From assembly GCA_963836215.1 (NCBI GenBank), contig CAWIIU010000005.1:690334-754333 (forward strand): 64,000 bases of DNA, in the 5' to 3' direction. The translations under genes and the position numbers were made by a program. Below are positions 7,914 to 17,129 of the stretch, piece by piece. The notes beneath the pieces were generated by a model. It did not search any database and was not told where the DNA came from. It worked only from the letters and a program-made list of their open reading frames with translations. This stretch comes from an uncultured Actinomycetota bacterium. Lineage in GTDB: Bacteria > Actinomycetota > Actinomycetes > Streptomycetales > Streptomycetaceae. Within the stretch, counting starts at the first letter, position 1; every line of letters starts with the position of its first letter.

Positions 7914-10900
7914 TCACGGTCCGTGCCGCTGGTGCGGTTGTGCGGCGGGTTCCGCCGCCGAGACCTGTGCGGCCACGCGGATCTCGGCGGTCCGGGTGAC
8001 CCCGCCGACCGTCACCGCGAGCGTGACCTCCCCCGGCCTGAGCGCCGTGAGCCGTCCCGTCGCCGGGTCGTAGGCGGCCGCATGGCGGGGGCGGGCGTCG
8101 CCGGGATCGCCGACGTACAGATTCAGGGATCCCGTCCAGTCAGCGCTCAGCGGGAATGCCACGGGGACAGTGCGGGTCCCCTGGAGGACGGTCGCGCGGA
8201 CGTCCGCGCTCTGCCCGGGGGCCAGCCGGTCGGGCGCCTCGAGTGTGAGGGCGTCGAGGTGGGCGCGCGTCTGGACGGACAGCCAGTCCGGCCGTCCCTT
8301 CCAGGGCGCGAGCCGGGCGGCGAGCTGTTCGCCTCGGCTCACGTTGTCGACGCCGACGAGCGACCAGCCGGTGAACCCGCCGGCGTTCGCCGGGCCGGCC
8401 GGGGCCTTCCCGGAGTTGCCGTTGATCAGATACGGCACACCGTCGACATGCTCGGCGTGGAAGACACCGACATGGCTGCCGATGAGCGCGGCACCTTTAC
8501 CGGTCGCACGGCGGAACCCGGCGAGCCACTGCTCGATCAGGGCCGCCTCCTTGCGGTCGGTCAGCCGGCTGGCCTGCTGGACGGTGGGATCGCGCGGCGG
8601 TACGTGCTCGATCAGCAGCACCGAACCGACGGCCGGATCCTTCGCGGCCGCGTCCAGCTGGGCCCGCACGGCCTTGATCTGCTCGAAGCCGCCGCTCCGC
8701 AACGTCAGGCCGGAGGTGTCCAGGGTCAGAACGCGGGTGCCCCGGTGGTCGAAAACCCGGTGGGCGGGGCCGAATTCGGCGATGAAGTTGTCGATCTTCC
8801 CGCCCATCACCTCGTGGTTGCCCGGCACGTAGTACCAGGGCAGCTCGCTGCCCAGTTCCTCGGTCAGCACCCGGCGGGCGAACGCCAGGTCCGCGGGTGT
8901 GCCTTCGTCCACCAGGTCGCCGTTGACGACAAGGAAGTCGGGCCGAGCGGCCTTGATCTCGCGCAGTGTCCGCCTGGCCTGCCGGACGATCGCGCTGTCG
9001 GGGTCGCGGGCGACGAACTGCGCGTCGGACATGACGGCGAACCGCCAGTCCCTGCGTTCGGTGCGGGCCGCAGGGGCGATCAACGGGTCGGCGGCGCGCG
9101 GCTGTTCGGGCAGGTCGACGGCCGGCGGGACCTGGGCGCCAAGTCCGTCGATCACGATCCTCCCGGTGTACTGCCTGGCCGCCGCCGTCTCCGCGAGGTA
9201 GAAGCGGTGCACCGAGAGCGGCATCGCGGCTCCCGGCGGCACCTCGAAGGTGACCTGCCGCCAGCCGGCCCAGGTGACATACGGTCCGCGCAGCAACTGG
9301 TCGGAGCCTGCCGCGTCCTTGAGATGCAGGGTCGGCCAGGCGCCCTTGCTGTCACCGTTGATCCACAGCGTGAACGACTGGGGCTGTCCGGACACCGGAA
9401 TCGCCTGCGGTGGGTTCGCATAGGCGGCGCGGGTGGCCGTCGACTGGGTGAAGTCGTACGTCAGCTCCAGTCCGGTGCCGCTGTGGCCGTCAGGCGTCGC
9501 CGCGACCGAACCGCTCGCGCGCGCCTGGCTGAAGGTCCAGGACGCCGCGTCGCCGAGTTCGGTCACCTGCTGTTCGGTGAGGCCGACACCGACGGCCAGC
9601 GTGGTGGTGACCCCCGCGACCTCCGCCGTGATCCGGCCGGCGCCCCTGCCGGTGCGGGAGGTGACGGTGAACGAGCCGGCGCTGTTGTCGCGGATGTCGA
9701 ACAGCGCCCGGTCGTAGGTGAGTTCCACATCGGCCGGTTCGACGGGCGCACTGTTGCCCTGCGCGTCGCGCCCGAGAATGCCGAAAGTTCCGGTGGCCCC
9801 GGCGTCCGCCAGCCCGACGCGACGGGTGGTGGGCTCGATCCGCGCCAGGTCGTCGAGGACGGTCAGCTCGGTGCTGCCCTGGGCGCCCGCGCGTTCGGCG
9901 CGTATCAGGGTCCGGCCGCCGGCGCCGGCGCGGAAGAGCCCGTGTTCGTCGACCCGGCCCACCGAAGGCCGCAGGGAGTGCCAGCGCGGGGTGCCGGCGG
10001 CGGGGCCGTACGTCTCGTCGTACCCGGCCGCGGTCAGCCGGCGCGTCAGCCCGGGGAACACCCGCTCGGGGTGACCGCCCTTGACCGGGTCTGCCGTCGG
10101 GGCGGCAGCGGCGGGGGTGCGGGTCTCGATCCAGAAGCCGCGGAGCTGTCCGCTGCCGTCCGGGGCGGTGAGCGCGAGGCCGTTGGGCACGGTGCGTTCG
10201 CTGCCGTCGGACGGGCTGTTCTCCACCTGAAGCGCGTCACTGCCGGGTTCACGGGCGACGAGGGTGGACGAGCCACCCCCGTCGAGGTTGAGGGCGCTGT
10301 GTGCTCCGGCCCGCTTCATCATCAGGCCGAGTTCGGTGAGGGTGACGCCGCCGCTGTCGGCCTGGCGCCCGTCGACGGTGACGACCTGCATGGCGCGGCC
10401 GTCCTGGGAGAAGCCCACGGCAGTGCGGGGGGCCGCGGTGTTGTTGCCCTCGCCCTCGTGGCTGAGCGGCACACCGTCGACGACGAGGAGTTCACGGCCG
10501 CCGACCGCGGTGCGCGGCACGGGGCCGCTGTCGGTGCGTGGCCGGTACTCCAGCGAAACGGGGTCGCCGGGGTGCAGGGCGGTGAGCAGACCCGCGCCGG
10601 CCTCCCGGCCGACGAGCACGGTGGTGCCCTCGGCTATCGGGCCGGTGCCTGGCCGGTCGCTGACCGAGACGACACGGCCGTCCCGTACGAGCGCTTCGGC
10701 GACGGGAGTTGCCGCGTCCACGGTCAGCGCACGGTCGGCGCTCCCCCATGACGGCGTGTAGGCGCCGATGCCGCCGAGGGGGACATTGGCGGCGTTGTAC
10801 GCGGTGAGCGGGTGCTGCCCGGACGGCAGGGTCAGGGTGCCGTCGAACCAGAGCTGCAGCACGCGTCCCGCGCCCTGGGGCCCGATGCCGACGGCGCGAT

Positions 10901-11426
10901 TGGCTCCGGGAGCCGGCGAGTGGGTCGGTCTGCCGTCCTTGATCCCGGGTCCCTGCGGCGCCCCGGTCTGGTTGATGTCGAAGAAGTCCGCGTTGACGGC
11001 GGCCACGGTGCGCCGGCCGCGGCCGGGGTCGTGCCGTGCCGCGAGCTCGGACACCGTCGCGCGTTCGGCGACCTTGCCCGACGAGAGGTAGTCGGCCCGG
11101 ACACGGCTGCCGTCGAGGTCGACGGAGAGGGTGTCGACGCGCAGCCACTTGTCCGACTCGAGGCGGTCGTACGACGCGAGCCGGACGCCGGGCGCGATCG
11201 GGCGGGAGCTCCGCGCCGTCTCGATGCCGTCACCGTCCACAACGGCTTTCGGGCTGCCGGACGGCCCGCTCGCGGGTGGTGGCGCGACGGGGCGCAGTAC
11301 TTCGGCGGCGTCGCGCGGGCGGGGGTCGGGGGTGGAATCGGCGGCGGCCGGGGAGATTCCTCCGGCTGCCAGGGCGGAGACCGCCGCGATCAGAACGACG
11401 GTCCGCTGTGCTCTGCCTTGGCCCAC
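7914..11426 (-). CDS. Secreted phosphodiester glycosidase (NAGPA-like) fused to a C-terminal metallophosphoesterase
   Basis: GTG 11426 after AGGAG; signal peptide; AAVNADFFD, APRTAVG, VDGRQ, ALNLDGGGSS; then SDAQ, NGDLVD, PGNHE, GSHVG. Confidence 0.88.
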   Translation of the reverse strand: MGQGRAQRTVVLIAAVSALAAGGISPAAADSTPDPRPRDAAEVLRPVAPPPASGPSGSPKAVVDGDGIETARSSRPIAPGVRLASYDRLESDKWLRVDTLSVDLDGSRVRADYLSSGKVAERATVSELAARHDPGRGRRTVAAVNADFFDINQTGAPQGPGIKDGRPTHSPAPGANRAVGIGPQGAGRVLQLWFDGTLTLPSGQHPLTAYNAANVPLGGIGAYTPSWGSADRALTVDAATPVAEALVRDGRVVSVSDRPGTGPIAEGTTVLVGREAGAGLLTALHPGDPVSLEYRPRTDSGPVPRTAVGGRELLVVDGVPLSHEGEGNNTAAPRTAVGFSQDGRAMQVVTVDGRQADSGGVTLTELGLMMKRAGAHSALNLDGGGSSTLVAREPGSDALQVENSPSDGSERTVPNGLALTAPDGSGQLRGFWIETRTPAAAAPTADPVKGGHPERVFPGLTRRLTAAGYDETYGPAAGTPRWHSLRPSVGRVDEHGLFRAGAGGRTLIRAERAGAQGSTELTVLDDLARIEPTTRRVGLADAGATGTFGILGRDAQGNSAPVEPADVELTYDRALFDIRDNSAGSFTVTSRTGRGAGRITAEVAGVTTTLAVGVGLTEQQVTELGDAASWTFSQARASGSVAATPDGHSGTGLELTYDFTQSTATRAAYANPPQAIPVSGQPQSFTLWINGDSKGAWPTLHLKDAAGSDQLLRGPYVTWAGWRQVTFEVPPGAAMPLSVHRFYLAETAAARQYTGRIVIDGLGAQVPPAVDLPEQPRAADPLIAPAARTERRDWRFAVMSDAQFVARDPDSAIVRQARRTLREIKAARPDFLVVNGDLVDEGTPADLAFARRVLTEELGSELPWYYVPGNHEVMGGKIDNFIAEFGPAHRVFDHRGTRVLTLDTSGLTLRSGGFEQIKAVRAQLDAAAKDPAVGSVLLIEHVPPRDPTVQQASRLTDRKEAALIEQWLAGFRRATGKGAALIGSHVGVFHAEHVDGVPYLINGNSGKAPAGPANAGGFTGWSLVGVDNVSRGEQLAARLAPWKGRPDWLSVQTRAHLDALTLEAPDRLAPGQSADVRATVLQGTRTVPVAFPLSADWTGSLNLYVGDPGDARPRHAAAYDPATGRLTALRPGEVTLAVTVGGVTRTAEIRVAAQVSAAEPAAQPHQRHGP

Positions 11427-11644
11427 AACTACTCCTGGATACCTACTGGTTGGGCAGGGAGTAAGCGCTGTCGGCGGACAGCATCGCGGTGCGCGGGCCG
11501 AGGCACCAGAGGGCTTCGGGAACACGAGGGAGAAGGCGGGCCGTCAGGGTGGTGGACGTCGTGCGTTCCTGACGCCCGACGCCAGGCCACATTCGTGAAA
11601 GAAAGGCGTAACAATTCACCATGCGAGACGATTCCCACGGCACA

Positions 11645-11673
11645 TTGACGTGACCGGAAATCGCTGCCATTCT
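11645..11673 (+). promoter_or_regulatory. Housekeeping-type promoter, probably giving a leaderless transcript for the leader peptide
   Basis: TTGACG (11645-50), 17-bp spacer, CATTCT (11668-73); GTG of the small ORF lies 7 nt downstream. Confidence 0.55.
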
Positions 11674-11680
11674 CACCGAT

Positions 11681-11764
11681 GTGAGTCAAGCTGACATTCT
11701 CGTATCGCGCCTGCACGTCGACCTTCGACGGCACGCCAGCGCACTCTGTGCCGCCGGCCGCTGA
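11681..11764 (+). CDS. Putative Cys-responsive leader (attenuator) peptide, 27 aa
   Basis: Hand translation (V/M)SQADILVSRLHVDLRRHASALCAAGR*; carries the RxHVDLxRxxSAxC motif of actinobacterial leader peptides found upstream of sulfur genes. Confidence 0.8.
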   Translation: MSQADILVSRLHVDLRRHASALCAAGR

Positions 11765-11862
11765 AACACGCGCAGCTGACCTCCCCCTTCCCGCGCACGA
11801 CCCTGCACACAGGGCTTCCGACGGGCTGAACGACACCGCCCCCGTCGCGCGGTAATTCCACC

Positions 11863-11897
11863 GGCAGGACCTCCGACGGATTTCCCCTGCCCTTTTT
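11863..11897 (+). terminator. Candidate attenuator/terminator hairpin in the leader region
   Basis: GGCAGG (11863-68) pairs with CCTGCC (11886-91), inner TCC-gac-GGA, followed by TTTTT (11893-97). Confidence 0.4.
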
Positions 11898-11977
11898 CAC
11901 TCCAACACTCACCTGAATTCATTGCGCCCTTTCCCCGCAATGTTCAGGCACCCTCGCGTACCCCGAAACGGAATGAC

Positions 11978-12997
11978 ATGACCTTCTCCAGGCGCACCTT
12001 TCTCGCGGTCTCCGGCCTCTCCGCCCTGGCGGTCGCCGGCTGCGGCACCGCGAGCGGCAGCGGCACACGCAACACAAGAACGCTCCGCTACCAGGGGTCG
12101 GTCGACGCGGTCTCCCCACCCGAACTCGCTGCCGCCCTCGGCTATCTGGAAGATCTGAAGCTCGACTGGGTGGGCAACACCATCAGCGGCCCTCAGGACA
12201 TCCAGTCCGCCGCGTCGGGTCAGACCGACTTCGGTGGCGCGTTCAACGGGGCGGTGGTCAAACTCGCCTCCCGCAAGGCGCCCATCAAGGCCGTCATCAG
12301 CTACTACGGCTCCGACAAGGACGCGTACAACGGCTTCTACGTCACCCAGAACAGCCCCATCCGCTCGGCGCGGGACCTGATCGGCAAGAAGATCGGGATG
12401 AACACGCTCGGGGCGCACTACGAGGCGATTCTCGACATCTACCTCAAGAAGAACGGGCTGAGCCGCTCGGAGGCCGAGCAGGTCGAGCGCATCGTCATTC
12501 CGCCCGTGAACACCGAGCAGTCGCTGCGCCGGCGCCAGATAGACGTGGCCGGTCTCGGCGGCATCCTGCGCGACAAGGCGCTGGAGGGCGGCGGCATACG
12601 CAAGCTCTTCAGCGACGTCGAGCTGCGCGGCCCGTTCAGCGCCGGCTCGTACGTGTTCACCGAACGCTTCATCAAGCAGAACCCCGAGACGGTGAGGATC
12701 TTCGTCACCGGCGTGGGCAAGGCGCTCGACTGGTCCCGTACCACCCCGCACGACGAGGTGGTGGCGAAGATGACCGAGATCGTCGCCGAGCGCAAGCGGA
12801 ACGAGACCGCCGACGCGCTCAAGTACTGGCGTTCCTACGGGATTTCGGCGCCCGGCGGCCGTATCGCCGAGAAGGAGATCTCCGACTGGTCGGACTGGCT
12901 GGCCGAGCGGGGCGACATCAAGTCGGGCCAGGTGAAGGTCACCGACCTGTACACCAATGAATTCAACAGCGGAAAGAAGCCGGGAGCTGGCGCATGA
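11978..12997 (+). CDS. Sulfonate/nitrate/taurine-type ABC transporter substrate-binding lipoprotein (SsuA/TauA-like)
   Basis: SRRTFL twin-arginine plus VAGC lipobox; NMT1/SsuA-like sequence; first gene of an overlapping operon. Confidence 0.85.
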   Translation: MTFSRRTFLAVSGLSALAVAGCGTASGSGTRNTRTLRYQGSVDAVSPPELAAALGYLEDLKLDWVGNTISGPQDIQSAASGQTDFGGAFNGAVVKLASRKAPIKAVISYYGSDKDAYNGFYVTQNSPIRSARDLIGKKIGMNTLGAHYEAILDIYLKKNGLSRSEAEQVERIVIPPVNTEQSLRRRQIDVAGLGGILRDKALEGGGIRKLFSDVELRGPFSAGSYVFTERFIKQNPETVRIFVTGVGKALDWSRTTPHDEVVAKMTEIVAERKRNETADALKYWRSYGISAPGGRIAEKEISDWSDWLAERGDIKSGQVKVTDLYTNEFNSGKKPGAGA

Positions 12998-13803
12998 CCG
13001 CGAAAATCAGTGTCCAGAACGTCGGGAAGACCTTTCCCGTACGCGGGAGGCGGCAGCCCGTGACGGCGCTGGACGGTATCGACTTCGATGTCGCGCCAGG
13101 TGAGTTCCTGGTCGTCGTGGGTCCGAACGGCTGCGGCAAGTCGACCCTCCTCGACCTCCTCGGCGGGCTCGCCGAGCCGACGTCGGGCCGGATCCTTCTC
13201 GACGGCGAGCCCGTCTCCGGACCGGGTCTCGACCGGGGGATCGTCTTCCAGCAGTACGCCCTGCTGCCCTGGCGCACCGCCCAGGGCAATGTGGAGTTCG
13301 GTCTGGAGGCCACCCGGGTGCCGCGCCGCGAACGGGCGGATCGGGCCCGGGAGTATCTGGCCCTCGTCGGTCTCACCGGTTTCGAGGACCGGCACCCGCA
13401 CGAGCTCTCCGGCGGGATGCGCCAGCGCGTCGCCATTGCCCGGAGCCTGGCCTACGACCCCGATGTGCTGCTGATGGACGAGCCGTTCGCGGCTCTCGAC
13501 GCCCAGACCCGCGAGTCGCTCCAGGACGAACTGGTGCGGATCTGGCAGCGCACCGGCAGGACGATCGTGTTCATCACGCACGGCGTCGACGAGGCGGTCC
13601 ACCTCGGGCAGCGGGTCGCGGTGCTCACCTCGCGCCCCGGCCGGATCAAGGAAGTCGTACCGATCGAGCTCGGCGACCGCAGCGCCGACGCGGACCCGCG
13701 CTCCACACCGGCGTTCGCGCACCACCGTCATCTGATCTGGAGCCTGCTGCGCGACGAGGTCAGCCGTGCTCAGCAAGAGGAGAGGGAGGCCGTGACGCCA
13801 TGA
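12994..13803 (+). CDS. ABC transporter ATP-binding subunit (SsuB/TauB-like)
   Basis: GPNGCGKST, LSGGMRQR, LLMDEPFAALD, FITH. Confidence 0.95.
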   Translation: MTAKISVQNVGKTFPVRGRRQPVTALDGIDFDVAPGEFLVVVGPNGCGKSTLLDLLGGLAEPTSGRILLDGEPVSGPGLDRGIVFQQYALLPWRTAQGNVEFGLEATRVPRRERADRAREYLALVGLTGFEDRHPHELSGGMRQRVAIARSLAYDPDVLLMDEPFAALDAQTRESLQDELVRIWQRTGRTIVFITHGVDEAVHLGQRVAVLTSRPGRIKEVVPIELGDRSADADPRSTPAFAHHRHLIWSLLRDEVSRAQQEEREAVTP

Positions 13804-14711
13804 GCATCACCACCGAACACGTCACCGAGGAAACAACGGCGACCGGTACATCGCTCGCGAAGGCACCCGAGGCGCCGCCGATCAGCGAAGCGGCCGGCCC
13901 GGTTTCCGTACGCAAGAGCCGGTCGGCCCGCGTGGCCCGCCGCACGGGCCGCGCCGTGCTGACCGTCGTCACCAAGTCCGTCGCCATCGCGGTGCTGTTG
14001 GCGGTCTGGGAGATCGCACCCAGGATCGGCGCGGTCGACAGGACGTTCCTCCCGCCGGTCTCCGAGGTCGCGGTCGCCTGGTGGCAGCTGCTGGCCGACG
14101 GGCAGCTCGCCGAGCACGCGCAGGCAAGTCTCGGTCGCTCGCTGGCCGGCTTCGGGCTCGCCGTGGTCGTCGCCGTTCCGCTCGGCCTGCTGATCGGCTG
14201 GTACCGGCCGCTCGCGGATCTGCTCGGGCCGCTGCTCGAGGTCTTCCGCAACACCGCGGCGCTCGCGCTGCTGCCGGTCTTCGTTCTGCTGCTCGGCATC
14301 GGCGAGACCTCGAAGGTCTCCATCGTGCTGTACGCGTGCACCTGGCCGATCCTGCTCAACACGATCAGCGCTGTGCGCACCGTCGATCCGACGCTGCTCA
14401 GGCTCGCCAAGTCCATGGATCTGCCCGCACCGAGGATCTTCCAGAAGGTGATCCTGCCGGCCTCCGTGCCCACGGTCTTCACCGGCATCCGGCTCGCCGG
14501 AGCGGTCGCGATCCTCGTCCTGGTGGCCGCCGAGATGGTCGGAGCCAAGGCCGGTCTCGGCTATCTGGTCAACGCCTCGCAGTTCAACTTCGCGATCCCC
14601 GAGATGTACGCCGGGATCATCACCATCTCCGCCATCGGCGTGACCTTCAACCAGCTGCTCGTGGCCCTGGAACGCCGCTTCACCTCCTGGCGCACCCCCA
14701 CCGGAAACTAG
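13800..14711 (+). CDS. ABC transporter permease (SsuC/TauC-like)
   Basis: Multiple TM segments; VFTGIRLA, AAEMVGAKAGLGYL. Confidence 0.92.
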   Translation: MSITTEHVTEETTATGTSLAKAPEAPPISEAAGPVSVRKSRSARVARRTGRAVLTVVTKSVAIAVLLAVWEIAPRIGAVDRTFLPPVSEVAVAWWQLLADGQLAEHAQASLGRSLAGFGLAVVVAVPLGLLIGWYRPLADLLGPLLEVFRNTAALALLPVFVLLLGIGETSKVSIVLYACTWPILLNTISAVRTVDPTLLRLAKSMDLPAPRIFQKVILPASVPTVFTGIRLAGAVAILVLVAAEMVGAKAGLGYLVNASQFNFAIPEMYAGIITISAIGVTFNQLLVALERRFTSWRTPTGN

Positions 14712-14723
14712 AGGAATCAGTCG

Positions 14724-16061
14724 ATGTCAGCCGAGACCCCACGCCGGTTCCACCTCAACGCGTTCCTGATGAACGTCGGCCACCACGACGCGGCCTGGCG
14801 CCATCCGCGCACCCAGCCCGAGCGGATCACCGATCTCTCCTACTTCCAGGAGGTGGCCCGCACCGCCGAGCGCGGCAAGCTCGACTCGCTCTTCCTCGCG
14901 GACGGCGTCGCCCTGTGGGGCAACGCCCGCTTCAACGCGGTCGGCGGGTTCGAGCCGCTGACCCTGCTGTCCGCGCTGGCCGTCGCCACCGAGCACATCG
15001 GCCTGATCGCCACCGTCTCCACGACGTTCAACGAACCCTTCCATGTGGCGCGCAAGTTCGCCTCGCTGGACCATCTGAGCGGCGGACGCGCCGGCTGGAA
15101 CATCGTGACCTCCGGGAATGTCGCCGAGGCCAGGAACTTCGGCCGTGAGGAGCATCTGGAGCACGCGCTGCGCTACGAGCGCGCCTCCGAGTTCCTGGAC
15201 GTGACCAAGAAGCTCTGGGACAGCTGGCGGGACGACGCGCCCGTCATCGACAGGGAGAGCGGGGCCTACACCGAGGAGGGCGCGGTCGCCCCGATCAACC
15301 ACCGCGGAACCCACTTCCGGGTCGACGGCCCGCTCAACGTCCAGCGCTCGCCGCAGGGATATCCGCTGCTCGTGCAGGCCGGATCGTCCGAGGACGGCAA
15401 GGAGTTCGCGGCCCGGTACGCGGAGGCGGTGTTCACCGCGCAGCAGACCCTCGCCGACGGCCAGACCTTCTACAAGGACCTCAAGTCCCGGCTCGCGAAG
15501 TACGGCCGCCGGCCCGAGGAACTGAGGATCCTGCCCGGCATCTGCCCCATCATCGGTGCGACCGAGGCCGAGGCCCTGGCGCTGGAGGACGAACTGACCG
15601 GGCTCCAGGTGCCGGAGTACGGTCTGCAGCAGCTGTCCGGGATGCTCGGCACGGATCTGAGCGGACTGCCGCTGGACGGCCCGCTGCCCGAGCTCCCCGA
15701 GGAGCAGGACATCAACGGCAACAAGTCCCGCTTCACACTGGTCGCCGAGCTCGCCCGGCGCGAGGAACTCACCATCCGTCAGCTGATCGCCCGCCTCGGT
15801 GGCGGTCGCGGCCACCGGGTCTTCGCCGGGACGCCCGAGCAGATCGCCGACCAGCTGGAGATCTGGTTCACCGAGGGCGCCGCCGACGGCTTCAACATCA
15901 TGCCGCCGTATCTGCCGGGCGGGCTCGAGGACTTCGTCGACCAGGTCATCCCGCTCCTGCAGGAACGCGGCCTGTTCCGTACCGAGTACACCGGGCGCAC
16001 CCTGCGCGACCACTACGGCCTGGAGCGTCCCGCGGGCCGTACCGCCGTCGCAGCCCCGTGA
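14724..16061 (+). CDS. LLM-class flavin-dependent monooxygenase (NtaA/DszA/SnaA family)
   Basis: AERGKLDSLFLAD, FEPLTLLSALA, LDHLSGGRAGWNIVTS, QAGSSEDG, ADGFNIMP. Confidence 0.93.
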   Translation: MSAETPRRFHLNAFLMNVGHHDAAWRHPRTQPERITDLSYFQEVARTAERGKLDSLFLADGVALWGNARFNAVGGFEPLTLLSALAVATEHIGLIATVSTTFNEPFHVARKFASLDHLSGGRAGWNIVTSGNVAEARNFGREEHLEHALRYERASEFLDVTKKLWDSWRDDAPVIDRESGAYTEEGAVAPINHRGTHFRVDGPLNVQRSPQGYPLLVQAGSSEDGKEFAARYAEAVFTAQQTLADGQTFYKDLKSRLAKYGRRPEELRILPGICPIIGATEAEALALEDELTGLQVPEYGLQQLSGMLGTDLSGLPLDGPLPELPEEQDINGNKSRFTLVAELARREELTIRQLIARLGGGRGHRVFAGTPEQIADQLEIWFTEGAADGFNIMPPYLPGGLEDFVDQVIPLLQERGLFRTEYTGRTLRDHYGLERPAGRTAVAAP

Positions 16062-16113
16062 CCCCTTCCACCTCCCGTCCGCATCGCTCACCTCACCGAA
16101 AGGCAGCACCCGC

Positions 16114-17010
16114 ATGACCACAACCGGTTTCGACATCCGCCGGATCGGCGGCCGCATCGGCGCGGAGATCCTCGGCGTCGACATCTCCCGCGAGCTCGAG
16201 CCCGCGATCGTCGCCGAGATCAACGCGGCGCTCCTGGAGCACAAGGCGCTCTTCTTCCGCGATCAGGAGCTCGACGACGCGGCGCAGATACGCTTCGCCT
16301 CGCTCTTCGGCGAACTCACCACCGCCCACCCCACGGTGCCGTCCGTCGAGGGTCAGCCCAACATCCTGCCCGTCGACGGCGACGAGGGCATCCGCGCCAA
16401 CCAGTGGCACACCGATGTCACGTTCGTCCGCACCCCGCCCAAGGCGTCCACGCTGCGCAGCCTGGTCGTTCCGCCCTACGGCGGCAACACGCTGATCGCC
16501 AACTCCGCGGCGGCCTACCAGGATCTGCCCGAGCCGCTGCGCGAGCTGGCCGACCGGCTGTGGGCCGTGCACACCAATGCCTACGACTATGCCGAGCCGA
16601 AGTCCGAGAAGGCCGCCGAGCACCGCCGGCGGTTCGTGTCCACCAGGTACCGCACCGCGCACCCGGTGGTCCGGGTGCACCCCGAGTCGGGCGAACGCGG
16701 TCTGTTCATCGGCGGGTTCGCCCAGAGCCTGGTGGGCCTCTCGCCCTCCGAGTCGCGTGACCTGCTGCGGATCTTCCAGGCGTATGTGACCCGCCCGGAG
16801 AACGTCGTCCGCTGGACGTGGGCACCCGGTGACCTGGTCCTGTTCGACAACCGGATCACCCAGCACTACGCCCCCGACGACTACGGCGACCTGCCGCGCC
16901 TGCTGCACCGCGTGACGGTGGCGGGCGATGTCCCGGTCGGAGTCGACGGCACACCCAGCCGGGTCGTGGAGGGGGACGAGGCGAGCCACTACACGCCGGC
17001 CGTCGCCTGA
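16114..17010 (+). CDS. TauD/TfdA Fe(II)/2-oxoglutarate dioxygenase (alkylsulfatase-like)
   Basis: WHTDVTF, GGNTL, AHPVVRVHPESGER, DNRITQH. Confidence 0.93.
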   Translation: MTTTGFDIRRIGGRIGAEILGVDISRELEPAIVAEINAALLEHKALFFRDQELDDAAQIRFASLFGELTTAHPTVPSVEGQPNILPVDGDEGIRANQWHTDVTFVRTPPKASTLRSLVVPPYGGNTLIANSAAAYQDLPEPLRELADRLWAVHTNAYDYAEPKSEKAAEHRRRFVSTRYRTAHPVVRVHPESGERGLFIGGFAQSLVGLSPSESRDLLRIFQAYVTRPENVVRWTWAPGDLVLFDNRITQHYAPDDYGDLPRLLHRVTVAGDVPVGVDGTPSRVVEGDEASHYTPAVA

Positions 17011-17042
17011 CACCGGACACCGGACACCTGCGACCACGCACA

Positions 17043-17078
17043 AGGCGGGCCGGACGTCTTCCGACGTCCGGCCCGCCT
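17043..17078. terminator. Bidirectional intrinsic terminator
   Basis: Perfect 16-bp inverted repeat AGGCGGGCCGGACGTC-ttcc-GACGTCCGGCCCGCCT between convergent genes. Confidence 0.85.
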
Positions 17079-17129
17079 CTCGTTCAACTTCGTCGGCGCG
17101 CACCCGCGGGCGCGCGCCCAAGTCCGGTA

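Noticed and set aside
7746-10751. Long antisense or alternate-frame ORFs (for example 7746-10751+, 20542-22503+, 29174-32086+, 44953-48081-, 5293-7917-)
   Set aside because: They mirror well-supported genes, show no domain motifs and are the usual stop-poor shadow ORFs of high-GC DNA.
11427-11640. PHO boxes upstream of the NAGPA-phosphoesterase gene (and upstream of PLC)
   Set aside because: Only isolated TTCAC-like half-sites, with no 11-nt-spaced direct repeats.
17009-17028. ACACCGG tandem repeat after tauD, and the Pro/Thr repeats in the LAETG protein
   Set aside because: Too short to be informative, or an ordinary surface-protein linker.
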